Both the position numbers and the translations under genes were made by a program. The notes under the pieces were generated by a model. The model was not told the DNA's origin. It saw nothing but the letters and a program-made list of their open reading frames with translations, and searched no databases. From an uncultured Acidimicrobiales bacterium (GTDB taxonomy: Bacteria; Actinomycetota; Acidimicrobiia; Acidimicrobiales; SZUA-35), in NCBI GenBank assembly GCA_963775125.1, contig CAVZHQ010000007.1, positions 278,412-342,411 on the forward strand: DNA of 64,000 nt, in the 5' to 3' direction. Positions 21,404 to 32,440 of this stretch are shown piece after piece. Within the stretch, counting starts at the first letter, position 1; every line of letters begins with the position of its first letter.

Positions 21404-22658
21404 TCAGTCCTGGGGAATGGGGTCGACCGCAAGGAGCGTCCTCGGGATCTTCGGTGGGGCCGGTCGCCAGCATCCAACGACCACCCCGTTTCTCGTAGCG
21501 GAACCACGTGCCGTCGGGTGCCTGACGGAGTTGGGCGTCTGGCGCAATTCGAGCCACTTGGCGGTTCGCCAGCTGCACCGCAACGCCGGCGGCGCCGGCC
21601 ACCCGCCAGGCGTTGGCTCGTGCTGCCAGCTCCGGGCCGGTGAGTCCGCTTCGTTCCACCAGCCCCTTCCACTGGGGTGTCCGTTCGAACTCGGCGGCCA
21701 GGCGAGCCAGGTCGGTCGGCGTGTCGAGATGCAGGTGGGCTTCATCGTCTCCGCCGAGTAGGCGCCAAGCCCGTTTCGCAGCGGCATCGGCCAGCACCCG
21801 AAGACCGTCAGCAGTGAAGGGGGCGGACGGAGGTGGATCGCTGGCAAAGGCGTTGAGCGAGCCGGGCCGGCTCGGAGGTTCGGCCGGGCGAGGAAGGGCT
21901 CCAGGGGAGCGGGACCAGGCCTCGTCGGCCCGGGTCGACGGCCCGTCGGCCGGTTGGACGAGGTCACCACGACGTGCGCCGAGCGCGTCCTTGATCTGGG
22001 ACCGTGTGCGGCCTCTGAGCGCCAGGAGCTCGAAGGGGTCGTCGTCGAGTTGTTGGCCGATGATGAGGAGTACCGCAGCGGCGTGCTTACAGGGCTGTTT
22101 GGCCATCTGCTCGACTGCACCTGGCTCGCCGGTGCCCGCCGCCAGCGATTCGGCCGCCAACGATTCGGCCGCCAGCTGGTTGGCTGCTGCCTGATCGGCG
22201 ATCCGATCGGCTGCTCGGCGGGCAGCCGCAGTCCGCGCCTGGGGTTGGCGTCGTCCGACGACATCGTGCGCGCACGAGCAGCTCCAGACGAGCTCGCCGG
22301 CCACAGGCAGGATCGGAACGCCGAGCTGGTCGGCCACGGCCAACACGGTCACCGGCAAGTCGCCCTCGAGCGTTGCGCTGACGAAATCGGCACGCTCGGC
22401 CCACCGGTCGAACAGTGTCACCCAGCCTGCATCGGGAATGGGCGGAACGGCGATCTCGACGTGATGGGGAAGCCGACGATCTGCGCCGGCGGTTGCGTGC
22501 GCCGCGCCCACTTCGATGGTGACATCGAGTTGTCGATCGTGTTTGGCGTACGCCCCACCGGAGATGAGCGCCGTGTTCGTGACCCCGAGGCGCGTGGTCA
22601 GCGCCTCACGCCAGCTCTCGGACCAGCTGGTGGGCGAGGGCCAGTGCGATGTCGTCAT
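21404..22658 (-). CDS. SWIM zinc-finger protein (partner of the SNF2 ATPase); frameshift near 21435
   Basis: WSCSC...PCKHAAA and DDDPFELLALRGR. ATG overlaps the SNF2 stop (ATGA). Confidence 0.85.
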
Positions 22659-25640
22659 GAACCCTCCGGCTCTTCGTCGGAGCCCTCGTTCGAAAGCGAC
22701 ACGAGGTCGGCCAGCGCGTCGTCGTCGAGTTGTGAAATCCAGGCTTCTCCCGAGCCGACAACCGCTTCGGCCAGTCGCCGCTTCTCGACGAGGAGCCGGG
22801 CGATTCGGTCCTCGATGGTGCCCTCGGCGATGAGGCGATGCACCTGGACCGGGCGATCCTGGCCGATCCGCCATGCTCGGTCGCTTGCCTGATCCTCGAC
22901 GGCCGGGTTCCACCAGCGGTCGTAGTGGATGACCTGGGTTGCGGCGGTCAGGTTGAGGCCGATGCCACCGGCCCGCAGCGAGATGACGAACACATCGATG
23001 TCGCCTTCCTGGAACTCGGCGACGAGACGCTCGCGGTGATCGATGCCGAGACCGCCGTGCAGGAAGCGCACCTTGAACCCCAGGTCGTTGAAGTGCCGTA
23101 CCAGGAGCTCGGCCATGGCGACGTATTGCGTGAAGACGAGGGCCGACTCTCCTCCTTGGCGAATCTGCTCCAGGAGTTCGACGGTGCGGTCGAGCTTGCC
23201 GGAGCGGCGGGCAAGGGGTTGATCGTCGGGGACCAGATGTGCCGGGTGATTGCAGACCTGCTTCAGCCGGGTGACCAGCTTCAGCACCAGGCCGTGGCGG
23301 TTGATACCGCTGGCACCGGCGATCTCCGCCATGATCTCGGCCACCACTGCCTGGTAGAGCGCCACCTGTTCGATGGTCATGGGGACGATTTCGTCGGTCT
23401 CGGTCTTCGGCGGGAGATCGGGCACGATCTCGGGGTCGGACTTCTTGCGGCGCAGCAGGAACGGCCGAAGCATGCGGTTCAGGCTGTCGGCTGCGTCGGG
23501 ATCGCCGTGCTGCTCGATGGGAACCACGATCTCCTGGCGGAATCGTTCCTGGGGGCCGAGCAGTCCGGGAGTCGTCCATTCGAGGATCGACCACAAGTCG
23601 AGCAACTGGTTCTGGACCGGTGTGCCGGTGAGGGCGAACCGGGTGCTGGAAGGCAGCGTGCGCATGGCCCGTGACGTGCGGCTGGTGGGGTTCTTGATGG
23701 CTTGGGCCTCATCGGCGACGACCAGACCCCATCCTTGTTTGGAGAGCAAGGAGGCGTCGCGGCGAGCGATGCCGTACGTGGTGAGGATGACCGATCCTGG
23801 CTCGGGACTCGGGAGCACCCGGCGGGCGCCGTGATAGCGCGTCACGACGACGTCGGGTGCGAAGCGCTCGAACTCCCGCTGCCAGTTCCCGACCACTGAC
23901 GCCGGGCAGATGACGAGTGTCGGGCTGGGCTGGCGTACCTGTCGTTGGAGATGGAGGGCGATGACCTGGATGGTCTTGCCGAGGCCCATGTCGTCGGCGA
24001 GGATCCCGCCAAGGCCCAGCTCGTCCATCTCGACGAGCCATGCAAGGCCCCGCTCCTGGTAGGGGCGAAGGGTCGCGACGAGCGCCGAGGGGGGAGCGAG
24101 CTGCTGGACCGATTCGAGTTTCCGGAGCCGGCTCGAGAGTTCGGCGAGCCGGCCCGAGACCTCGATGCGCTGCACATCGCCGCCGATGGTCACCGGCAGC
24201 CCGAGCGCGGCGGCGATGGCGGCGCTGGCCGGCAGCGTGCGTTGTTCACGCAGCCGTTCCAGGCTTTCGGGATCGACCCGAATCCACTGGTCACGAAGGC
24301 GCACAACCGACCGTTTGCTGTCGATGATCTCGGCCAGTTCTGCCTCGGTGAGCTGTTGGCCCCCGAGCGATCCCTGCCAGCGAAGCTCCAGCAACGACGA
24401 CAGATCGAGTCCTCGGCCGAGGCCCCCGGTCCACCCTCCGATGCCGTGCTCGTCGAGGTCCCGCCAGTCGTCCGACGGTTCGGAGCGGGCGTTCACCGGG
24501 CGCGACGGCCTCGGACCGCGTCGACCGCGTGCGTCGGCCTCGGACCGCGACGAGACGACCGGGTTCAGGTCGAGGGAAGCGAACAGACCGGGCGGCGCAA
24601 GGACCGACAGCCCGGTGGCTCCCAGCCTCAGCCCGAGCGGGCCGAGCAGCGCCTCGAGCTCGTTGAGCGCCAGTTCGATCATTGACGGAGGCAGCTCGTT
24701 GGAGGGCTCGATGAAGACCGCAAGGGCCGGCCAGATGCGCGATGCCCGTTTGAGCACCATCGCGATTTCGTTCTCGACGGGCGCGAGGCGGGCACGCAGA
24801 TCGTCGGGCGCTTGGACGAGATCCTCCACGTTCGCGGTCAACGTGGCATCGCTACGGCTCTGCAGCCCGAGCACAGCGCGGAACCCCGGCTTGCTGCCGT
24901 CGAACTGTTCGGCACCGATCCGGAGGGTGACAAGGGGAACTCGTCCTTGGTCCGCCTCGGCCGCAAGGCGGCTGAGGCCGGCGAGCGTTGCCTTGGAGTC
25001 GACCACGATGCTCGCGTGCGATGCGAAGGCCTGATGCCCGGCGGCGATGGGCGCGGCGGCGGTGCGCACGAAGGCGTCGACGACGGACGTGAAGAAGCCA
25101 TCGAGGGCACGGCTCGCCGACACCATTTCGATGGGCGGTTCCTGGCCGGCCGGGACATCGTGGCCCCGGCGCCCGGCGTGGGGGAGGGCGTGGCCGGCTG
25201 CGGGAAGGGCATCGACCAACTGGCGCTGACGTTCGTGGTCGCCGGGGGTGAGCGGGCCGGGCTTCCAGCAGTCGACGCCTCGTGGGGTCAAGCCCGGTTG
25301 AATCGCGCGCCTCCGCTACCCAGCCGAGGGCTGTCCGGCACGCCTCGGCATAGACGGCGGTGGACTTCGATCCGTGCTCGACCTGGGTCAACGCGGCGAT
25401 GGCATGACTGATCTTGACTCGCTTGACTCGGGTGGGGACTGCCTCGGGGCGGTCCCCACCCGGACGAACCAGCGTGAGATCGGTGTCGGCCTCGGCCAAC
25501 GAATCGGTCGGGCTCCAGCACGCGAGCCAAGCGTCGCGTGGCGGTTCGGCATCGACGAACGTGGTCTCGACGTCGGATCGGTTGAACAGGTTGACGAAGT
25601 CCGCCAGCCACTCACAAGAGGAGATCTGGGGACGCGACAT
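22655..25640 (-). CDS. SNF2-family ATPase/helicase (DUF3670-type); frameshift near 25290
   Basis: LRPYQERG, LADDMGLGKT, VADEAQAIKN, LTGTPVQN and YDRWWNPAVEDQASDRAWRIGQ. N-terminus lies in the 24852..25682 frame. Confidence 0.93.
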
Positions 25641-25692
25641 CCGGTCAAGGGTAGGACCCTTCGCCCCAACAACCGCCCACACGCTCAGCGGG

Positions 25693-26733
25693 CTACTCGG
25701 CCCAGGCCTTGATCTTCTCGATCACCTCGAGTGGATGCTCGCCCTTGGGGTCGATGTTGAGGTGGGTGACGCCGACGTCCTTGTAGACCTGAAGCCGTTC
25801 ACGGACGTAGCCCTCGTCACCGCAGAGCATCGAGAGATCGAGGTATTCGTCGGGCACGGCGGCGAACGCTTCGTTGCGATGGCCGGAGAGGAACAGGTCC
25901 TGGATCTTCTCGGCTTCGGCTTCCCAGCCATACCGCTTGAACAGGTCATTGTAGAAGTTCTTGGACTTCGCCCCCATACCGCCGACATAGAACCCGATGT
26001 GGGCGCGGGCTGCCTCCCGTGCCTCTTGGACGTCAGGTCCGCTACCGAGCGCCACGACACCGCCGGCGATGATCTCGAGGGTGCCAAGGTCGGCGGAGCG
26101 GCGCTCCTGGCCGGCGGCCAGCGAGTCACCCCACACCTGCTGGAAGCGATCGGGAACGAAATGGATGGGCTGCCATCCATCGGCCAACTCGGCCGTCAGT
26201 TCGACGTTCTTCGGGCCGATGGACGCGATGACGATGGGGATGTCGGTGCGGAGGGGCTTGTCCATCAGCTTGAGCGGCTTGCCGAGGCCGCTTCCGCCCT
26301 GGCTCTCCGGCAAGGGCAGGCTGTACGCCGCGCCGTCGTGCACGACCTTGTCGCCGCTCCAGACCTTGCGACAGATCTCGATGGTGTCGCGGGTGCGAGC
26401 GATCGGTTTGGCGAAGGGCACACCATGCCAGCCCTCGATGACCTGTGGCCCCGAGGTTCCGAGGCCGAGGACGAACCGCCCGCCCGACAGGGTGTCGATG
26501 GTCATCGCTGTCTGCGCGATGAGGGCCGGGCTGCGGGAATAGACGGGCAGGATGCCCGTCATCAACTCCAGCCGTTCGGTCTGACCGGCCAGGAAGGCCA
26601 GCGTCGAAACGAGATCGAAGCCGTAGATCTCACCACCCCAGATGCGATCGATGCCCGCAGACTCGAGGTCGCGGGCACGCTGGACGAGGCGCTTGGGATC
26701 GCCGGTGAACGAAAGGCTGGTGCTGAGCTTCAT
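25693..26733 (-). CDS. LLM-class F420-dependent oxidoreductase
   Basis: IWGGEIYGFD, RSPALIAQTA, GLGTSGPQVIEGWHG, IGPKN and YVGGMG..NFYN. Confidence 0.92.
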   Translation of the reverse strand: MKLSTSLSFTGDPKRLVQRARDLESAGIDRIWGGEIYGFDLVSTLAFLAGQTERLELMTGILPVYSRSPALIAQTAMTIDTLSGGRFVLGLGTSGPQVIEGWHGVPFAKPIARTRDTIEICRKVWSGDKVVHDGAAYSLPLPESQGGSGLGKPLKLMDKPLRTDIPIVIASIGPKNVELTAELADGWQPIHFVPDRFQQVWGDSLAAGQERRSADLGTLEIIAGGVVALGSGPDVQEAREAARAHIGFYVGGMGAKSKNFYNDLFKRYGWEAEAEKIQDLFLSGHRNEAFAAVPDEYLDLSMLCGDEGYVRERLQVYKDVGVTHLNIDPKGEHPLEVIEKIKAWAE

Positions 26734-26794
26734 CCCCGGACCTTACATCGGCGCGGGCGGCCGAGGAGAAGCCGGAGCCGTTTAGGATCGGGCC

Positions 26795-27181
26795 ATGGCT
26801 GTGCTCCTGACGATCGACGGTTCGACCTTGCGGTTGCAGATGACCAAGTGGGACCAGATCTGGACCCTGCGGCGTCACCTGGAGGTTCCGCTCGAGTCGG
26901 TGATCGGCGCGTCGGTCCAGGCGAAAGAGCCGTTGGCCGACCGTTTGGCCTTTCGAATTCGTGGGTCCTCGATCCCCGGGATGCTGTTCGCCGGCACGTT
27001 CACGGTTTGGAAGGAAGGACGCAAACACCACAAGGAGCGGCAGTTCTGGTTGACCTTCCGAAGGGCCGAGGTGCTGGTGATCGAGACCTCGCTTCGTTCC
27101 CCGAGCCTCATCGTGCTCGAAGTGCCGGACGCTCGGCAATTGGCGGCGACGGTGAATGACGCGCTGGAGGCCCATGTCTGA
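26795..27181 (+). CDS. Conserved actinobacterial-type hypothetical protein (128 aa)
   Basis: Compact ORF with normal composition (RIRGSSIPG..AGTF); overlaps the next start. Confidence 0.7.
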   Translation: MAVLLTIDGSTLRLQMTKWDQIWTLRRHLEVPLESVIGASVQAKEPLADRLAFRIRGSSIPGMLFAGTFTVWKEGRKHHKERQFWLTFRRAEVLVIETSLRSPSLIVLEVPDARQLAATVNDALEAHV

Positions 27182-28082
27182 CGACGACGTTTCGACGAAC
27201 TCGGTGGCCGCCCGGGCCGACGCGCTCGTGCCGGCGGTTTCGCGGGCCATGTGGGAAGCCGTCGAGCGGTTCCACGCCTCGTGCTACCTGGCGCCCGAGG
27301 TGCGCGAGGAAGCCACGGCCGCCGGGCTGAAGGGTTTCTGGATGAACTACTTCGCCACCCGTGTCGCCCCCGTCGGAGCAGTCGGACCGGAAATCGTCGA
27401 ATCGACCTTCTTCTACTACAGCCCCGCCCGGATCCAGCGGGCACTCCCCGACGCCTGGCGCTACGCCAGCCCGGACGCCGTCATCGCCGCCCGGTACCGA
27501 GGCATGGACCGAGCGCTTCGGCGTCTCTACGGCGAGCGGATCGGGGACGAGATCTTCGCCGAGGCCGCCGACCTCGTGCGTCAGGCTGCGTCGGGATGCG
27601 ACCGGATCGGGCGGGTGCTCCACGCCGGGTGGGCCTCGCTGCCGTGGCCGGACGAGGCGCATCTGGCCCTCTGGCACGGTTGTACCTTGCTCCGGGAGTA
27701 CCGAAGCGGTAGTCACCTCATGGCCGTCTGTCACGAGGGCCTCGACGGGTGCGAGTCGGTGGTGTCCCACGCCGCGGTCGGAGGTGGTCCCCGGGACTGG
27801 ATCCAGGGTGAGGCGGCCTGGACCGCTGACGACGAAGCGCGCGCCGTGGGGTCGCTTCAGGCCCGGGGTTGGCTCGACGCCACAGGCCACGTGACCGCCG
27901 AGGGCCGTGCCGGGCGCGACCGCATCGAGGATCTGACCGATCGAGGCGACCTTCCCGTATGGGAGCGCCTGGGTGCCGCACCCGGCCGCCGGTTGTTCGA
28001 TCTCCTGGCCGACCTGTCGGCACCGCTGGGGCCGGACGATCAGTTGGATTGGCAGCACCACTATCGGGTGGGCGGCGCGTGA
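27174..28082 (+). CDS. SCO6745-family protein
   Basis: ERFHASCYLAPE, GFWMNYFATR, FFYYSP, LWHGCTLLREYR and GWLDATG..TAEGRA. Confidence 0.85.
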   Translation: MSDDDVSTNSVAARADALVPAVSRAMWEAVERFHASCYLAPEVREEATAAGLKGFWMNYFATRVAPVGAVGPEIVESTFFYYSPARIQRALPDAWRYASPDAVIAARYRGMDRALRRLYGERIGDEIFAEAADLVRQAASGCDRIGRVLHAGWASLPWPDEAHLALWHGCTLLREYRSGSHLMAVCHEGLDGCESVVSHAAVGGGPRDWIQGEAAWTADDEARAVGSLQARGWLDATGHVTAEGRAGRDRIEDLTDRGDLPVWERLGAAPGRRLFDLLADLSAPLGPDDQLDWQHHYRVGGA

Positions 28083-28768
28083 GCGCCGACCGAGGGGTTC
28101 GGTTGGCGGCGGCCTATGCCCGATTTCCGCCAGGATTCTTCGCCCGGTTCGACGAGGACGACGATGCCGAGTTCTACGAGCCGACACGGCTCGTCACCCA
28201 TATCGACGACGGAGCGATCGCCGGCGTCGGCGCCCTCTACCGCGAACTCGAGGTGAGGGGTCACGTACTCGACCTGATGTCTTCGTGGGTTTCGCACTTC
28301 GAGGATCCGCCGGCGCGCCTGACCGTACTCGGCATGAACGCCGAGGAACTGCAAGCCAACTCGGCGGCGTCCGAACGAGTCGTGCATGACCTCAATCGCA
28401 ACCCCGACCTCCCGTTCGCCGATGGCTCGTTCGACGATGTCGTCTGCTGCGTCTCCGTCGACTACCTCACCCGACCCCTCGACGTATTCGTCGAGGTGCA
28501 CCGGGTGCTCCGTCCGGGCGGTCGCTTCATCTGCACCTTCTCGAACCGCTGCTTCCCGAGCAAAGCGATCCGGGGCTGGCTCGATCTGGCCGATCGTCAA
28601 CGGGTCGATCTCGTGGCGATCTACTTCGACCTGGTCGGAAAGGCATTGACCGAGGCCGGGCTTGGCGGGTGGTCGCCGGCCATCCGCCAGGAGCGGATCC
28701 CACGTGCCGGGCCGGGCGATCCACTGTTCGCGGTCTGGTCCGATGCAGCGCGGTCGGAGAGCGAGTAG
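28079..28768 (+). CDS. Class I SAM-dependent methyltransferase (Methyltransf_11-like)
   Basis: FYEPTRLVTHIDD, LDLMSSWVSH, SVDYLTRP and FSNRCFPSKA. Confidence 0.9.
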   Translation: MSADRGVRLAAAYARFPPGFFARFDEDDDAEFYEPTRLVTHIDDGAIAGVGALYRELEVRGHVLDLMSSWVSHFEDPPARLTVLGMNAEELQANSAASERVVHDLNRNPDLPFADGSFDDVVCCVSVDYLTRPLDVFVEVHRVLRPGGRFICTFSNRCFPSKAIRGWLDLADRQRVDLVAIYFDLVGKALTEAGLGGWSPAIRQERIPRAGPGDPLFAVWSDAARSESE

Positions 28769-28777
28769 AACTCGTCG

Positions 28778-29254
28778 ATGCCCCGCATGGATCCCGAGAC
28801 CCAGGAAGCGTTCCTCGCCGAACCCCACGTGGGGGTGGTGGCCTCGCTCCGACAAGATGGCCGCCCCTACACCGTTCCTGTCTGGTTCCATTGGGACGGC
28901 CAGGACATCTGGCTGACCGGGACCGACTCGCGGGTCTGGTGTCAGCAGATCCGCCGCGACGGCCGGGTGTCCCTGTGCATCGAGGCGTTGGCGCCGGTCG
29001 CCGGGCACATCGGGATCGATGGGCAGGCCGTGGTGCTCGACCGTGTCGACTTCGACATCTGGCCGATCTGTCAGGTCTTGGTCGAGAAGTACATCGGGCG
29101 CCACGACCCGGCGAACACCCAGGCGGTCGAGGCGTTCCTGGCCAACATGCGCACCGAACCTCGCCTGCTGATCAAGCTGCGCCCCGAGGTCTGGCGGGCC
29201 ATCGACATGCGGGTCTACCGAGGCAAACGAGCGGACCGCGAATTCAGCGGTTGA
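28778..29254 (+). CDS. PPOX/pyridoxamine 5'-phosphate oxidase family protein (likely F420-binding)
   Basis: FLAEPHVGVVASLRQDGRPYTVPVWF and RRDGRVSLCI. Confidence 0.85.
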   Translation: MPRMDPETQEAFLAEPHVGVVASLRQDGRPYTVPVWFHWDGQDIWLTGTDSRVWCQQIRRDGRVSLCIEALAPVAGHIGIDGQAVVLDRVDFDIWPICQVLVEKYIGRHDPANTQAVEAFLANMRTEPRLLIKLRPEVWRAIDMRVYRGKRADREFSG

Positions 29255-30026
29255 CCGCAGACTCCGGGACGGTCATCGGCGCGCAGCCGGCCGGATCCAG
29301 GGGCACGTCGACGGGGGTGACGGTGACCCCGTGATCGGGATGCAGGTCGACGATCAGGGCCCGCCCGCCCGGGGTTCCCGAGGGCGCTCCGGAGTACCAC
29401 GCCGTGACATCGCCCTGGGACACGTCGGTGGTGACATGCCAATGGCCGAGCGCAACGTAATCGGCCTGCGTCGAGCGAATGTCGTCGGGCGTGATGAGCG
29501 ATGACCGGTGTGATCCGTCCGGGTCGGGGACGTAGTGACCGTGCCCGAGCACGAGATACCACGCGTCACCGGGGTGCGATGCCACACCGGCGAGGGGTCG
29601 GAACTGCGGTGAGTGTTCGTCCATCGCTCGACCCCAGAAATGGACCGACCCGTCGAAGAGCCGGACTTCGGACCCGGCGTGCTCGTCGAGGAGGACGACG
29701 CCGGTGTTGTCCACGATGTGGCGGTGCCGTCGGTAGAGCGAACGATCGTCGTGGACGTCGTGGTTGCCGACCATCACGACGCACTGGCCCGGCAGCCGGT
29801 CGAGGATTTCGTACACCTGAGCCATCGCCGGCTCGTCGACCCGCGCGTGATCGAAGAGGTCGCCGACGACCAGGACGCCATCGACTCGATGCTCGGCTGC
29901 CAAGGACTCGATGCCGTGCAACGGGCAGAGACAGACGGCACCGTGCGGCGCGTCCTTGACGCCGACGCCGTACCCGTCGATGTGCACATCGGACGTGTGC
30001 AGCAGCCTGAGGGGGCGACGGGTCAT
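29244..30026 (-). CDS. Calcineurin-like metallophosphoesterase (SbcD/Mre11 nuclease-like)
   Basis: HTSDVH, GDLFD, GNHD, GH and DYVALGHWH. Confidence 0.85.
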   Translation of the reverse strand: MTRRPLRLLHTSDVHIDGYGVGVKDAPHGAVCLCPLHGIESLAAEHRVDGVLVVGDLFDHARVDEPAMAQVYEILDRLPGQCVVMVGNHDVHDDRSLYRRHRHIVDNTGVVLLDEHAGSEVRLFDGSVHFWGRAMDEHSPQFRPLAGVASHPGDAWYLVLGHGHYVPDPDGSHRSSLITPDDIRSTQADYVALGHWHVTTDVSQGDVTAWYSGAPSGTPGGRALIVDLHPDHGVTVTPVDVPLDPAGCAPMTVPESAVNR

Positions 30027-30053
30027 CGCGGTCCGAGCATCATGACGTCGAAT

Positions 30054-30901
30054 CTACCGGACACCTGGCGGAGGACCGGCAGCGATCGGATTGTGCGCCT
30101 GTTGCTCGGCCTCGAATGCGTCGGGATCGACGAGCGAGCGGTTCAGGAAGACCGCCACCAGGTGCTGCACCACCGAGGCGTAGGTGGGCGCCGATTCGAA
30201 CTCGTGTTTCTGGCCTTCGAAGAGATGGAGTTCGCTTGGGGCGCCGGCGGCGACGAGCGCCTCGTGCATCCGCTGCGACGACGCCGGTGGCACCATCGAG
30301 TCGGCCAGACCATGGACGAACAGGGTCGGGGGGAACTCGGGCGAAACGTGGGCCATCGGGCTGGCGTCGTCGACCAGTGCGGGGTCGGCGTCAGCGCCCA
30401 GGAGCATCGTCTGGGATTCGGCACCGAGTTCGGTGGGCGGATACATGGCGATGATGGCACTCGGGCGGGTCTCGTCATGACTCGTGAGCGGGAACGTCCG
30501 CAAAGGAGTGCGAGGTGCCCGCCCGCACTGCAACCGAGCACCGCAACGCGCAACGGTGAAACGCCGAGGTCGGCTGCGTTGGCCCGAATCCACCGGATCC
30601 ACGCCTGCGAGTCTTCGAGTTGCGCCGGCCACGGGGCATCGCCGAGCAACCGGTAGTCGGCCGAGACCACCACGAACCCGTGTGCCGCAAGGGCCTCGGC
30701 GCGTATCCGCATCATGGACCGGTCGCCGAACCGCCAGGCTCCACCGTGGAGCATCAGGATCGCGATTCGAGAATCGGCGGGCCGCTCGGTGTCGGCGTCA
30801 GTGGACGTCTCGGTCTGCGACTCGTAGATGTCGGCGCCGAGGACGACGCCCGGAGCTAGTTCGGCGGTCACCGTTCGACTGATCACTGACGAAGAAGGCA
30901 C
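30054..30901 (-). CDS. Alpha/beta hydrolase (esterase); frameshift near 30510
   Basis: LHGGAW, ADYRL, GCSAGGHLA; then HGLADSMV and H in the shifted frame. Confidence 0.85.
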
Positions 30902-30996
30902 CGGCGGACGTTACAGCGGTGTGAACGCCCTCGACCACCGGGTAAATCTGACAGGTTCCTGCCAGTCGATCGCCGGGTCAGGGGTAGGTTCTCGCG

Positions 30997-32440
30997 ATGG
31001 ATGAGCTGCTGACCGACGATGGTCGCCCCCGACCTCACGCTGCTGCGTTGATGGAGGCGCTCGACGCCCTCGGGCTGGACCGTCTCCGTGAGCGTCAGAA
31101 GGCCGTCGATCTGGACATCAAGGCCACCGGGATCACCTTCACCATCTACAGCGACGGACTGAACATCGATCGGGCCTGGCCGTTCGACATCATCCCGCGG
31201 GTGATTCCCGGAGACGAGTGGGACCGGGTCAGTGCCGGCCTCACCCAACGTCTGATCGCGTTGAACCGGTTCATCGACGACCTCTACAACGATCAGCGTG
31301 TGATCGCCGACGGCGTGTTCCCCGCGGAGCTCCTGCTCGACTCGGTGAACTACCGGCCGCAGTGCCGCGGCGTCCACCCCAAGTTCGGGGTGTGGGCCCA
31401 CATCTCGGGCTCCGATCTCGTTCGTGACCACGACGGAGAGTTGTACGTGCTGGAGGACAACCTGCGGGTGCCGTCGGGGGTGAGCTACGTGATCGAGAAT
31501 CGTGCCGTGGCCAAGCGGGCCTTCGGTGAAGTGTTCGAGCATCAACTGATTCGCCCCGTCGACGGCTACACCGACGAACTGAAGCGCCTGCTGACCTCCC
31601 TCGCCCCCGACGGGATCGACGATCCCCAGATCGCCGTACTGACCCCCGGTATCTACAACTCGGCCTACTTCGAGCACTCGTTCCTGGCGCAGCGCATGGG
31701 GGCCGAGTTGGTCGAGGGCGCCGATCTCGTCGTGGAGGACGATGATTGTGTCTACATGCGCACGATCGGCGGACTCGAGCCCGTGCACGTGATCTACCGG
31801 CGCATCGACGATCTGTTCCTCGACCCCGAGGTCTTTCTCCCCGATTCCATGCTCGGCGTCCCCGGACTCCTGCGGGCCTGGAAGGCGGGCAACGTCGGGC
31901 TGGCCAACGCCCCGGGGGCCGGAGTCGCCGACGACAAGGTCGTCTACGCCTGGGTCCCCGATCTCATCCGGTACTACCTGAACGAGGAACCGAAGATCGC
32001 CAACGTGCCCACCTACCGAACCATGTACGCCGACGAGCGCGCTTTCGTCATCGAGAACATCGGGGATCTCGTGATCAAGCCGGCCAACGAGTCCGGAGGG
32101 TACGGCATCGTCATCGGCAACCGGGCCACGAGAGAGGAGCTCGATCAGACCGTCGCTGCAATCAACGCCGACCCCCGGAACTGGGTGGCCCAACCCATCC
32201 TGTCCCTGTCGACGGTGCCGACGCTGGTGCCCGAGGGCATCGAACCCCGACACGTCGATCTGAGACCATTCATCCTCACCGGCCGGACGAGTTATGTGAC
32301 TCCTGGCGGATCTGACCCGCGTTGCCCTGCCCAAGGATTCCCTGGTGGTGAACTCGTCGCAGGGCGGGGGCAGCAAGGACACCTGGGTGGTCGACGCCGC
32401 CGACGCAAACCCGTGGCCGAACCAGCGGGGAGCCAACTGA
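30997..32440 (+). CDS. Circularly permuted type 2 ATP-grasp protein; frameshift near 32311
   Basis: [47 protein letters not shown] and RHVDLRPF. The C-terminus [25 protein letters not shown] is in the shifted frame, with TGA at 32438-32440. Confidence 0.92.

Noticed and set aside
20736-23594. 952-aa ORF containing the SWIM motif
   Set aside because: It is SNF2 off-frame read-through, plus the real SWIM gene (from 22658), plus a frameshifted tail.
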